Shown: positions 38,021 through 49,879 of the stretch, piece after piece
How positions within the stretch are numbered: the stretch's first letter is position 1
Layout of the letters: every line of letters begins with the position of its first letter
Assembly (NCBI GenBank): GCA_013265495.1
Contig: MU057930.1
Span: 822,057-886,056, forward strand
Length of the DNA: 64,000 nt
Source: Vicugna vicugna
Taxonomy: Eukaryota
Reading direction: 5' to 3'
The notes under the pieces: generated by a model
What the model was told of the DNA's origin: nothing
Database searches by the model: none
The model's input: the letters and a program-made list of their open reading frames with translations, nothing else
Position numbers and translations under genes: made by a program

Positions 38021-38442
38021 AGGACCATGGTTATTCAAACCCGAGTTCCCTGAGTGCGTCCAGGTGCTGTTGGCATCCTCTTGGTCTTTGTCCTTGACCT
38101 GTCAACGATGACACCTTCCATTACTGTGCCGTAGCTGTTTAACCGTCGGCCGGGTGTTGTGTGAACCACCTTCTCCGTGCTGGGCTTCTGATTCAAGGCT
38201 GGTTCCTGACTCCTGATGGGCCTGTAGGTTCTGGGTGAGAATCAAAGAACAGCCCAACCCCAACTTCATGTTGGGGGAGCCTTGGATGCCCATTGGGAAG
38301 TTTTGCTTGGGAGCCTGAAATTCACCACGATGCCCAGGTCGATAATGCTTTAATAGAAGCTTTCAAGAGACGTTGCTTCTTGCATCCTTTGAGGGTCTTA
38401 CGTATCTCTTTCATCATTTGATCCTTCTGAGAAATTAGCCGT

Positions 38443-38565
38443 GGGGAGGAGGGTAGAGCTCAGTGGAAGACTGCGTACTTAGTATGCACAGGGTTCCATG
38501 TTCAATCCCCGGTACCTCCACCAAAAACAAACAAATTCATAATTAAAAGCCTAATTACCCTCCCT
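38443..38565 (+). mobile_element. vic-1-like SINE
   Basis: gggtagagctcagtggaagactgcgtacttagtatgcacagggttccatgttcaatcccc. Confidence 0.85.
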
Positions 38566-39429
38566 CAAAAAAAAAAAGCAATTAGCTGTACTAAATAAAC
38601 TATCTATGTCTACTATTAAGGACTCAAAGGTCGCAAGTATGGCTTGGCTAGATTGTCTTGGTTTAAAATGATAGTCCAATATAAAACTAATTAAAATTTC
38701 CACCCAACGTTTTGCAATGTAATTTTTTTCTTGACATGATGTATAACAAATGTTTTCACTGTTCACGGTGTAATGGATTTGTACTGCAAATTACTCAGGT
38801 ACCAGAAACCAATCATTTAATTTGGGATCATCAGTTTGCAGGTTACGCGATGACTCATCAAGATGGCGCTCTGCCGTGCTGTGAATGACAGCAGAGCTCT
38901 CAAGGGCACAGACGCACGTGGGTTATTTCAAGGGCACAGACGCTCCGTCTCTTCCGTTTCTAAACCACACAACAGATCTAACAGGATCAGCCGTCTGTGA
39001 CCTGGAGGTGATACAAACCTGGGAGCTCAAGCTGCGATTCCTTCACCGAGCCGTGCTTTCTAAGGCAGAGAATTGACACACAGACTTTGTTCTGTGTGTG
39101 TGTTTCTCCCCAGGAAGGGAAAATCAGATTCAGGGTGAAATGCCTTAACAACATTGAAGCTGAACTTTACGGTAAACACGGTTAGCATTTAAGCGGCGCG
39201 TTATCACCCGCTCCTGCAGGATTACAACAGGAGCAGAAAGGCGTGGCAGGGTTTGCCTCACCAGTGCCTCTGGGCTATTTCTACCCAAATGACCCAGTCT
39301 TCTAAGGTGTTACTTCTATAAACCGCTGCAGGGAACAGCAGGAGCCCATGAAGTGGACTGCCCTCCCTGCTTGGAGTCTAGTGAATGTGTATCATGCATA
39401 GACATTATCAGATGGCAAGATATATATAT

Positions 39430-39800
39430 ATATTTTTTAATATATTTTTATTCAAGTAGTCAGTTTACAATGTTGAGTCAATTTCCGGTGCACAGCACAA
39501 TGCTTCACTCATATAGGAACAGACATGTATTCATTTTCATATTCTTTTCCACCGTAAGTTACTACAAGATATTGAATATTCTTAGTTCCCTGTGCTGTAC
39601 AGTGTAACATGTCTATCTATTTTATATATGGTAGTTGGTATCTACAAATCTCCAACTCCCAGGTTATCCCTTCCCACCCCCCACCCCCCCGGAAACCATA
39701 AGTTTGCTTTCTTTGAGTCTGTTTCTGTTTCATAGCTAAGTTCATGTGTCTTTTCTGTTTGTTTAACATTCCACATACAAGTGACATCATGTGGTAAGAT
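39430..39800 (-). mobile_element. LINE-1 3' end
   Basis: agtagtcagtttacaatgttg...ccataagtttgc...ttccacatacaagtgacatcat. Confidence 0.88.
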
Positions 39801-40064
39801 ACATATTTTTTGAAAACAGGAATAAGAAATGTAAATATTGACTGGTGGGCTGGAGGTTTTGCTCCGTGGTTGCTGGTAATTTCTGTGTCCTGCGGATTGA
39901 TCTGGCTGTGAGCGATCAGGACCCCACAAGCAAGTCATGTGCTCCAGGCAGCGCAGGTGGGAAGGGTGGGGTCTGGAAACAAATGAGGCAGAGACCTAAC
40001 ATGCCAGAGATTCCAACCTGGTTGGGGAAACTGCTGCAGAAGTAAAACCTTCAATGTAATAGGA

Positions 40065-40835
40065 TCATCTCAGCACTGCTGACCCCGGGGTTGGAGGACT
40101 CTCTGATGGGGGGGCATCCTGTGCCCCGTGGGGTGTGGAGCTGCGTCCCTGGTCTCCACCCACCACGTGCCAGAAGCAACCCCTTCCCCCAGTGGTGAAC
40201 AACCAGAAATGTCCCCAGACAGTGACAAGTGTCTCCTAGGGGCAGAGTCCTCTTCATTTTCTAACCACTATCATTCAGAGATAGATAGATAGATAGACAG
40301 ACAGACATACAGATAGATGATAGATGATAGGATGGATGGATAGATAGAAAGATAGATAGACAGACAGACAGACAGATAGATGATAGGATGGATGGATGGA
40401 TGGATAGATAGACAGACAGATAGACAGACAGACTGGATGGATGGATAGGTAGGTAGGTGGATAGGTAGGTAGGTAGATGGATAGATAGATAGACAGACAG
40501 ACAGAGTGGATGGATGGATAGGTAGGTAGGTAGATAGATAATGGATAAATGATCAATAATAGAATTATAGTAGATGACTGATAGAGACAGAGAGAGACAG
40601 ACTGGATCCCTCAGGCTGGTCCAGGGCTTCTCAGCCCCGGCACTGCTGACATTGCAGCTGGAGGACTTGCTCTACTGGGGGGCGTCCTGTGCCCCATGGG
40701 GTGTGGAGCTGCGTCCCTGGTCTCCACCCACCACATGCCTGGAGCGTCCTTCCCAGAGCTGAAATTACCCTCAGAAGTTGCCAAGTGTCCCCCAGGGGAC
40801 AAAACTGCTCCCCCTCTGGGATCGCTGAGTTAAAA
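40065..40835. mobile_element. Two MER20-like elements (40065-40270, 40620-40835) flanking a (GATA/GATG/GACA)n array (40277-40560)
   Basis: Both share ggggtgtggagctgcgtccctggtctccacccaccac; tetranucleotide array lies between them. Confidence 0.8.
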
Positions 40836-41129
40836 TGAAGCCAAGCTGTCCTTGGAGGCCAGCAGAGATGCAACTGGAGATTATCCTGGGTCCTCCTGGA
40901 ACCTAAAGCCTTTGGAAAGACAATAACCCGGCTGCTGCCTTACTCAGCATTTTGATACTGTTTCCATCATGGATCTCTTTGTTTTTTTAAATTCGCTTTG
41001 ATTCCTTGAACGGTTGCTTTAAATAGTCTGTATTTACTGATATTTCTATAGGATTTTGTGTGTATTATTTACATATTACTTTTGTTTATTTTCTTTCTTA
41101 AGGTTTTATTTTTAATTGTGTTGTTTTTT

Positions 41130-41852
41130 TTTTAAAAAAAGACTCGTGAAATTTAACATCTTAACCATTTTTTAGCGGACAGTTCAGTAATGCTTAAGGA
41201 CATAAACATTACCGGGCAGCCACCATCCCCAGCCATGGCCACAACTCCTCATCTTGCAGTCCTGAAAGTCGGTCCCCATTAAACAGCAGCTCCCTTGCCC
41301 TCTGCCCCACCACCACCCCCCTGGGCACCTCCCACCTCCAGCTATTTTCTGTCTCTGTGAATTTGATGACTCTTGGGAACTTATGTGAATGGAATCATAG
41401 TATTTGGGGTTTTGGTTTTGTGTGTGTGTGTGTGTGTGTGTGACTGGCTAATTTCACTGAGCACGTTGAACTAACACACTATTATATGTCAATTATATCT
41501 CAAAAAAACTGCAATACATATGCTATCACTCATATGTGGAATCTTAAAAAAAAAAAAGACGAACTTATATATAAAACAGGACCACACTGACAGAGATAGA
41601 GTACAGACTTGTGTTTGCAAGGGGAAAAGGGGTTGGGAAGGGACACATTGGGAGCTCGAGATTTCCAGATACTGACCAGTATATATATAAACTAGATAAG
41701 CAAGTTTATACTGTACAGCACAGGGTAGTAGCTCAGAGTGAAAAAGAATTCGCAAATGAATATATGCATGTTCATGTGTGACTGGAGCACTGTGCTGTGC
41801 ACCAGAAGTTGACACGACGTTGTAAACTGACTGCAACTCAAAAAAAAAAAAA
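41130..41852. mobile_element. Old minus-strand L1 fragment followed by + strand L1 3' end (41515-41852)
   Basis: tctctgtgaatttgatgactc; tatgtggaatcttaaaa...tgtaaactgactgcaactc + poly(A). Confidence 0.85.
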
Positions 41853-41896
41853 ACTGGAATATAAACAGAGATGTCTACTGTGTAAAAACGGGTCAC

Positions 41897-42196
41897 CTAA
41901 GTCTCTCGACAGTAGAGCTAGTCAGGGAATTTTAGATAAAGTGAAATGCTGCCCCCACAGAGCGTTGCTTTGCATCTGCTCTCCTCTTTCGTCATGAGAG
42001 ATTACAGGCGGGGTTTTCTGCATTCACAGCGGTGCTTGTAACTGTAAGTGTTCCAGGAGCCTGCTTTCAAGTAACGACACTGACATACAAGAGCACAGCT
42101 CGAGACAGAAATGGATGTTGTTTCGGAAAAACTGACTTGTGGCAAGATACAGCAGAGCAGAAAAAGAGAGGCGATAATCTCCATCCATTTGGGCAT
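41897..42196 (-). pseudogene. Putative first exon: signal peptide plus start of a ZP-N-like unit
   Basis: MPKWMEIIASLFLLCCILPQVSFSE... (hydrophobic core then small/polar residues); same frame after a stop reads SRCKATLCGGSISLYLKFPD*; donor TAG|GTGACC after 41897, alternative CAA|GTCAGT after 42137. Confidence 0.55.
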
Positions 42197-43288
42197 GTGT
42201 GTGGTTTCTTTTATTTTGTTGGCAGTGTGCAGGTACTAACGGAAAGATATTCTAAGTTGCAATCATTCATGGTCTTTCGTTGCTGTGAATCTACGTGCTC
42301 ACGTGCAGTCGGTGCTCGGCTCATCAACGCTCCTTAACTCTGTTCTCTGTAAAGGAGAGACAGTGTCCCTGACGACTCTTCCATCCACAAACATCGCTGA
42401 TATATTTCAGACCCGCCTCGCTGTCTGTGGGAGGGAGGCGTTACAGTGTTGTTCTCCACCATCTAAGTACGTCAGCTAGCGGCATGTTTCTATCGGGGCT
42501 GCTATTTACACTCTACGCCTAACGTTATCACCCAATCAGAGAGAAGAAGTGGTCAGCCAAGGGCAGCAGGGCACAGGGCATGGTCCAAAACGGGTCCTCA
42601 AGTGGACTTTTCACTGTGTTCCTCCCAGATGGGACGGGCGATGACACAGTGAGTTTTGGCCACCAGAGATGCTCACCGGAGGCTTGGTGTCCAGCGTTCC
42701 GCTGCTGTTCCATCAAGCACCGCCCCTGGGGCGGACCACTGGGCTCCAGCCTCTCCAGAGGTGGCGCTAATCCCTCTGGTCTTCAGTTCCACCCTAAGTC
42801 ATGACAGAGCCTGCCCCAAGGGGCCCAAAGCTGCCGGCCAATAAAGGCTCTTTTATCACCGAGAGACTCCATGAGGCCGGAGCAGAAGCCAGACCGCTCC
42901 TTCGGAAAGGTTAACCCTTCAGTGCAGACACATGTATCAGGTCCTAATGCTGACGTATTCTTTGAGAGGTAGTCAGACGGATTTCTCTTGGCGGTAAAAA
43001 AAAAAAAAAAAATTCAAAACCACGATGGGACCTAAAACTTGGAAGGTGCAAATCCTAGCGAAATAACTAAAATCCTTTTGCGGGTGGCAGGCAACTTGTG
43101 ATGGTGTCATCTTATGAGGAAGTTGACGGGTGGTCACTGAAATCTAAGCGCTTTGGAGAGCGGAGGAATCTGTGCTATTTCCATATGAATGGTGTAAATG
43201 GACTGTTTGTATGCAAAAAGCTTGTGTCTGTGATGGTGGAGGATGCAATGGCTCCCTCAAAACTCATTGAAAAATCCTCCTTGGAAGG

Positions 43289-43505
43289 AGGGGGGTGGTA
43301 GAGCTCAGTGGTAGAGTGTGTGCTGAGCATGCACAAGGTCCTGGGTTCAATCCCCAGTGCCTCCACTTAAAAAATGTCATTATCTCCCCCCAGATTAAAA
43401 AACTTTAAAAAGTTAGGGGAGGGGAGAGCACGTCCTTAGCATGGTCCTGCGTTCAATCACCAGGACCTCTATTAAAAATAAATAAAAATAAACCTAATTA
43501 TCCTG
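43289..43505 (+). mobile_element. Two tandem vic-1-like SINEs (second internally deleted)
   Basis: ggtagagctcagtggtagagtgtgtgctgagcatgcacaaggtcctgggttcaatccccagt; second copy 43415-43505. Confidence 0.85.
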
Positions 43506-44289
43506 TCAGAAAAGTAAAAATAACATTGTTGGAAAAAAAATTTATATCCTCTTTGAAATCTGGTCTCCTGTCTGTTCAGTCATAACGGTCAGGAAATAAA
43601 TCATCGATCTTAAAGTAAATCAGGATGAGTTACACCTCTCACGGCCGGAACCACATCAGTGCACAATGGCAGAAACTTGGAGGAAATCTTTGAGTTGGCC
43701 TCGGGACACATTTGCTTTCTTCTAACCGGTGCTTGCGAGGCTGAGACCTGTATCCTAAATAAAAATAGAGCTCCCAGGGTCATTCCGAGCCTGCCTTCCT
43801 CTGAGCAACGGCCCTTCATCCATCGCCTCTTTGTCATCAGACCTCCAGCATCCCGCCCTGGATTTTTTGTAGCATCCTTATGTATGTCACAGACATGATT
43901 TTCTCTCTCAAATTGCCCATCGGTGAAGGTCATGGGTTTCTTAATCCCCAGACTTTTGACATCCCACTCGATTTTTGTCTCACCAGGGACCTACTTGCTA
44001 TTCCAAGAAGTCTGCATTTCTGGTAGCTGAGAATGACACTTGAGGTGCCACCTTCTAAATCCCACATGCTCTCCCGGAGGACGGGAGTCAACAGTGCCTT
44101 TTGGCAGGCACGATGCTGAGTGCTGGTGTGGGTCAAGGCTTGTGGGGGGACACTGGAGGGGGTGCAAGAGATGAGAACGAGGCCAAATGAAGCGGGGAAT
44201 ATGAATACAGCGAAATGGGTGACTGTGCCTTATTTCAGCTCAGTTCCCACCATTTTATGATCTGCTTCATTTATTTTTAAATTAAGATT

Positions 44290-44895
44290 TTATTTTTTTA
44301 AGGGCAGTTTAAGGTTCACAGCAAATTGAGGAGAAAGGACAGAGATGTCCCATATACCCCTCCACCCCCAACACAAGCACAGTCCTCCCCCCCACTATCA
44401 ACACCCCCCACCAGACGGTGCATTTCTTATAACTGGGGAACATGGACGTGTCATCATCGCCCAGAGTCTACAGTGTACATTAGGGTTCCCTCTGAATGTG
44501 TCCATTCTATAGATTTGGACCAGCTTCTAATGACATGTATCCACCATTGTAACATCATATAGACTATTTTCTTTGCTTTGAAAATCCTCTGGGCGCCTCC
44601 TGCTCATCCCTTCCTCACCCCCAACCCATGGTAACTACCAACCATTTTCCTCTCTCCATGGTTTTGCCTCCTCCAGGATGTCAGGGAGTTGGAATCATGC
44701 TGTATGCAGCCCTTTCAAACTGGCTTCTTTCACATAGTCATAAGCATTTAAAGTTCCTCCATGTCTTCTCATGACTTGATAGCTCATTTCTATTCAGTGC
44801 TGAGTAATATTCCACTGTCTGGATGGACCACGGTGTATCTGTTCACCCACTGAAGGGTATCTTGGTTGCTTCTGAGTTTTGGCAATTATGTATCA
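44290..44895 (-). mobile_element. L1MC-like 3' region
   Basis: gcagtttaaggttcacagcaaattgagg...ggagttggaatcat...cattta aagttcctccatgtc. Confidence 0.8.
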
Positions 44896-45284
44896 TATCT
44901 TCTTTATCCATTCATCTGTTGATAGACAGTCGGGTTGGACACTTAGTAATCTTCCATTTTTACACTGGATTCCTACATAGTTTTTATTATATGCATTTTC
45001 TGGTCTACCTAATTGTTATATTTCCCACAAGGGAAGGGGAGCAGAAACAGAAGAAGAGAAATGAAATGAAACACAAATTAGCATTTTTATGCACTAATCA
45101 ATCATGTGAGTTTGTCTAATGCCACTCCATTGCTGAACTGGTCATTCAGTCTTTTTTTTTTGAGTCTTAATTTTGAGTTAATGACTAATGACTGGAATTT
45201 GCACCAGGGCTGAATTCATCCAGATGAGATATTTTGGGCTCTTCAGTCATCTCATGGTAAATTCCTTCTTAATTGTTCTGTATA

Positions 45285-45770
45285 GGTTAGCTATGCTGCG
45301 TAACAAGTGACCCTCAACTTAACAACTTAAAAGAACATGCGTTTATGAGATGAGGGGAAGAAATCTAGGCATGGCTTACTGAGCACTCTACTCAGAATCT
45401 TACCAAGCTACTAGTGAGGTGCCATCCAGGCTGTGTGTCCTTTTTTCTGGAACTTAGGGTGCCCTTCCAAGCTTGTGTGACTTTTGGCAGAACTCAGTTC
45501 CTTGAGGTTGCAGGACTGCACTATCTTCAGGGCTGCTCTCGGCTTCCTAGAGCAGGTAGCTGCCAGGTAGCTCTCTCTCCATTTGCACTTCACAGTATGG
45601 CAGCCCTTTCTTGAAAGCCAGTAGGACAATCTCTCATTCAGACTGTTCAGAGTCCCATATAACATAATCTAACCATAACGTGACATGTTGTCACATCTGC
45701 CATATTGTATTGGCTAGAAACCAGTCACAGTTGCTACCTGCAGATACGGGGAGGGGGAACTACAAAGACA
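45285..45770 (-). mobile_element. Old MLT1-type LTR remnant
   Basis: gctatgctgcgtaacaag...ggcagaactcagttccttgaggttgcaggactg...tattggctagaaaccagtcac. Confidence 0.65.
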
Positions 45771-45919
45771 AGAGTCACTGGGGGTGAGTGTCCAGGGGTG
45801 TCTGCCACAGATTTGCCTGGTGTGGCTTTTCTCGATGGATTTCTGGTCAAATGGCAAAGCTTAAGCACAGTAGGGTCATTAAGAAGGCTGAACTAAATGG
45901 CATACACAAAACCACCAAA

Positions 45920-46162
45920 GTCGGGGGGGGGGCAGAGGGACCAATTAGGAGTTTGGGATTAGCACATACACACTACTGCATATAAAGTAGGTAAACCACA
46001 AGGACCTGCCGTACAGCACAGGGAACTATATTCAATATTTTGTCATAACCTACAATGAAAAAGAATATGTATCTATGTATAACTGAATCACTATGCTGTA
46101 CACCAGAAACTAAAACAACATTGTATATCAGCTCTACTTCAATCAAACACACACACACACAC
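45920..46162 (+). mobile_element. LINE-1 3' UTR with (CA)n tail
   Basis: ggagtttgggattagcacatacacactac...aactgaatcactatgctgtacaccagaaac. Confidence 0.9.
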
Positions 46163-48779
46163 ACCCCAGCACATCATAGAGGGAAGATTTCTTCTCAGGA
46201 TCCTGTATTACCCAGTTACGGAGAATATAGCAAATATTGCTGAGAAATAGTAAAATGCAGTCACCTGTCACACAGAGTCCATTCCCCACACGTGACAAAA
46301 CTTGGAATAGTGAAATAAAAACTTCAATTATAGTGAAAAACTCTAATTAGAGTGAAAACAAGATGAAAGTATTCACACCCTTCAGTTTTATTTAGCACAT
46401 AGTACGCAGATAATGAAATGCTATTCCCCGTCTTGCGTGGACTGTCTGTCAAATCCCACATCCCTGTCTCTGATGTGTTAGGATCTTGTCTGTCTGAGTT
46501 CACGTACCATCCCAGCACCGTGAACAAATCTTATTTTCGGATGTGCCTGATATGCAGGGTTTATAAAGTGAGATGGTCGCTGTGTCTTGGACCAGAGAAC
46601 CCGTGCAGAAGAGGAGAGACTGGTGTCAGTATGTTAGCTTAATGCCACGCTTAAATGCTAGCCCTATTTATTTTGCCTCAAATGAATCGTCTATCTGGTA
46701 TATAGGTTTGTTTTTCCCTCCCGCTCTAAGGACTGCATCTTACGTTGTGAATAACAAGAAAGGTCATTTAAATCTTCACTGACGGTGACCTTGTTCTCAC
46801 TTGATGAATTAAGTGATCAGATTTATTCTGTAGCTGAAACTCAACTGGATTACGGTGGAGGACAAACATTATTTTATTACGCAGAGGCAGCTGAAACTGC
46901 AGACTCAATTTTGGGAATTATAGGAGCCTCATAGACGCCAGCCAGGTCATAATTAAAGCGGTGATGTCCTTGCTTTCAAAGTCTCGCCTACTGTCAGTTG
47001 TCCTCGGAACTTGATCTTGAGGATTTTACCTGCCAATGGATGTCGCGTGAATTAAGAACACTACCCAAACTATAGGAAGTGTTAGTGTCTGTTAGCGGTG
47101 ACGGGCTTGAGGTAGGAACCTCAAATTCCGAGCTGTCTCACTACGCAGCCAGATCATTTAAATAGAGAAAAATATTTGCATTCGTATGCATGCAAGATTC
47201 TTCGATACATACCCCGAACCCTCATTAGCGCGCTGAGACCAGGAAACAAGGGGCACCTGTCAATCAGGAGCGGGGTCGCTTGTTTCCTCTTCACCACTGA
47301 GTAAGTTGTGTTGCTCAGGGAAGAAACTCTTCCAGTGAATTGCCCCTGGGTTTCCCAGGCTCCACCAATACGATCTTAAAATAGATTCCCATGACCAGGG
47401 ATCAACTACATTTCTCTAGTTACGCTCCATAATCTGTTTGTAGCAATTGTGCTGGTGCCAATGCTTTCTTCCTCTTCCGCTACAGTTCAAAGATGGTTCA
47501 AGATCATTCGCAAGCTAATCCTTCATGAACGGTCCAAGACTAGTCTGTGTGCAAAGCTGTGGACGCCATGAATTTTGGAACCTACAGGCGAGCGGGCTCT
47601 CTGTGGTCCCTGCTACAGATACGGTGACCTTGGCACATGCGTCCTAGGGTGGGATCAAATTCTGCTGAGTCTTTCAGAAGCCTCAACTTGCCAAAACAAA
47701 ACTGAAGTGCATGGACAACTGCTGAGAGCCACTGTGTCTCCTGGGCTGCACTTTACCAACGTGAGCACCGTCGTGGCTCCACAGAGACACCTGAGTCTTG
47801 CAGATTGTTCATGAAGACAAATCCTTTGGGATTTTGCACTGAGCACACTTTTCCATGCTCTGCTTCACCCTGGAGTTCCCTGACTCACTTATGAGTCTCT
47901 GGGTGCATAAAACAGGGCTCAGTCATCACCATCCAGGGAGGGCTGCTCTCAACGACTGAAGCACTAAAACCTCACCATAGTTCTTCACATTAAGTCAATT
48001 CCATTCTAACGACCCTTTTGTGGTCCGTTTCATACATTCCTCGTATGACATGACATGACATGACATGGAAGGCTGACAGCACGATTGTATTTTCTTTAAG
48101 GTCCCTTCCTAGTCTGGATGTCAAAGAGTTTCCGTCATGTCCACGTGAGCACTTCGGACATCAATCATTTTCATTGTGGGTCCACGGTCAGGGCACAGAA
48201 ACGTGATGCTTGGTGGATCTTGGGGTAGACCCTTCAAGAGAAAACATTTTACAGAACCCATGTTCTGCTCCATTTGTCCGATGGACAGGACATTATTTCC
48301 TGAGGTTATGTTCCAATTCAGACACTAATAACAAATGCGAACTTGTTACTTGTGTTTGAGGGGAATGCTTGTGGCTGTGCAGGTAATAAACCAATCTCCT
48401 GGTGACCTTCTCTCTTTCCTTACGCCTCCTAGAGTGAATCCAAGGTCTCATTTGCCATGCACAGGACATATGGGTAATGGCTAATTGGAGTGAATAAATT
48501 ATAGGAATTATATCTACAGCCAGGTCCCAGAAGGTTCCGAGTTTTCTTCCCTAGAAACGGCCGACCTCGTGCTCCCTAATCATCTCCTCGGCCCCGGCTA
48601 GTTAATTGGGTGAAGATGTCAGAAGATCTTCAAACCGAAATACGCTTCCTATCTTGGTTTTCTCTCGTCCTCATTAGTTGTCAGAAGCACGCGCCAAAGT
48701 CAGAATGCTCTCATCTTCCTGTTTTTGAAACTTGGCTGCAGAGAAGAAAGACTGAGCTCAGTGCTGAGTTAGAATCGGA

Positions 48780-49152
48780 CGTCTCAGAAACGGGCAGGGG
48801 CCCGGAAAGCAGGGCGCTGAGGGCCTGCACCTGCCACGCACGGGCATCCTCCCGGCGGGGCAGGTTCCCTGGCCGCGCGGAGCGGCCGCAGCTGCTGCGA
48901 GTCAGGGCCGCCGCGGCGGGGCCCGCACACGCCCGGGCCGGGGCAGCAGGCGGCGGGGCGAGGGGCCAGCACGACGGGTTTGCCTCGCCTCAGAAGTGGA
49001 GGTGCTGCCTCCCTCCTCCGAGGGATGACTTCTTACTGAGGACAACGGTGGACGGGCTGGATCGTTGGAGACGGGGAGCCGGGGAAAGACTTAACCTTCA
49101 AGGACAGGTCAGAACGTTCTTTTCGTTTGTTTGTTTTTAAAGGGAAGCAGGT
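48780..49152 (+). promoter_or_regulatory. Small CpG island; candidate promoter and non-coding first exon
   Basis: Dense CpG/GC core ~48830-48980 with GC-box-like ggcgggg motifs; candidate donors CAG|GTCAGA (49107/8) and CAG|GTAAAC (49150/1). Orientation inferred from donors only. Confidence 0.55.
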
Positions 49153-49879
49153 AAACGATACGTACCCCAGGTTCCACAGGGGTTTGCATAACATCTGATG
49201 GCAGACTCACAGCGAGAGCGGGGTGTCCGTCAAGCCTTCTCCAAGACGCCAGGCCATGTGACCTGCTCCGTGTCCTGCTCTTGCTGACAGTGCCACACGT
49301 TTGACAATCTTGCGACGGCGGGGGGGGGTACTCTTCAGTTTAATAGGAAATCCTAGGACAATACAGCACTGCAATCTTCAGTAATGCTCCCTGCACGGCC
49401 TGAGCACTGTGTGCCTGTCTCCCACCCCGAACCTCGTCCCCTACGTGTTTGGGTTGCACATTACATTTTCCAGGCGGCCCAGTCTCTCAGCTGCCTCTGC
49501 GATGTCGTCTTTTCCGATCTAGATTTCCTAGACACTCCCTCACCGTGCTCCGCCAAGCGCACGACACCAGTGTCATTCTACGGGGAGTTCCTGGCCGATT
49601 CCCCAGCCTCCGCTCAACCCCACCGTGACTTTTCCCCACTCGCCATTTTGGAGAACATGGAGGGAAAACAGTGTCCGTGGCAACGCTGGGTGAACACTTT
49701 TGCCTGTGAGCCCTGCTGTGTAATCTCACCTGGATATTCAGAGCTGCTTGGCAATGTGTTAATTCCCCTCTAGTTGGACATTTTCCACATCATCTTTCAC
49801 AAGTCTGCTTCATAAACATATCAAGCCTTCAAGCCATTTTTAACTAACTCTCCCCTTGAAAAAAAAAAAACCCACTTCT

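Larger units (their letters stand above)
4631..42196 (-). pseudogene. Decayed multi-exon gene for a large secreted protein with tandem ZP-N-like Cys domains and a large low-complexity exon (candidate unitary pseudogene; may extend beyond position 1)
   Basis: Co-oriented minus-strand non-repeat blocks, most with pyrimidine-AG acceptors and GT donors; N-terminal MEIIASLFLLCCILPQ; recurrent motifs LQCQK, AHGCGVS, TSGCTP, KLSCPDLP..NVLCS, SKVSSCAY, IIFKCSSP; many in-frame stops and frameshifts. Family call is by-eye inference. Confidence 0.72.

Noticed and set aside
4631..42196. Naming the fossil gene CIROZ/C1orf127 or ZPAX
   Set aside because: Only motif-level resemblance; exon number, apparent domain count and context do not clearly fit, so no symbol was assigned.
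48610..49140. 176 aa + strand ORF over the CpG island
   Set aside because: Starts at GTG; stop-poor because of GC richness; no recognisable protein.
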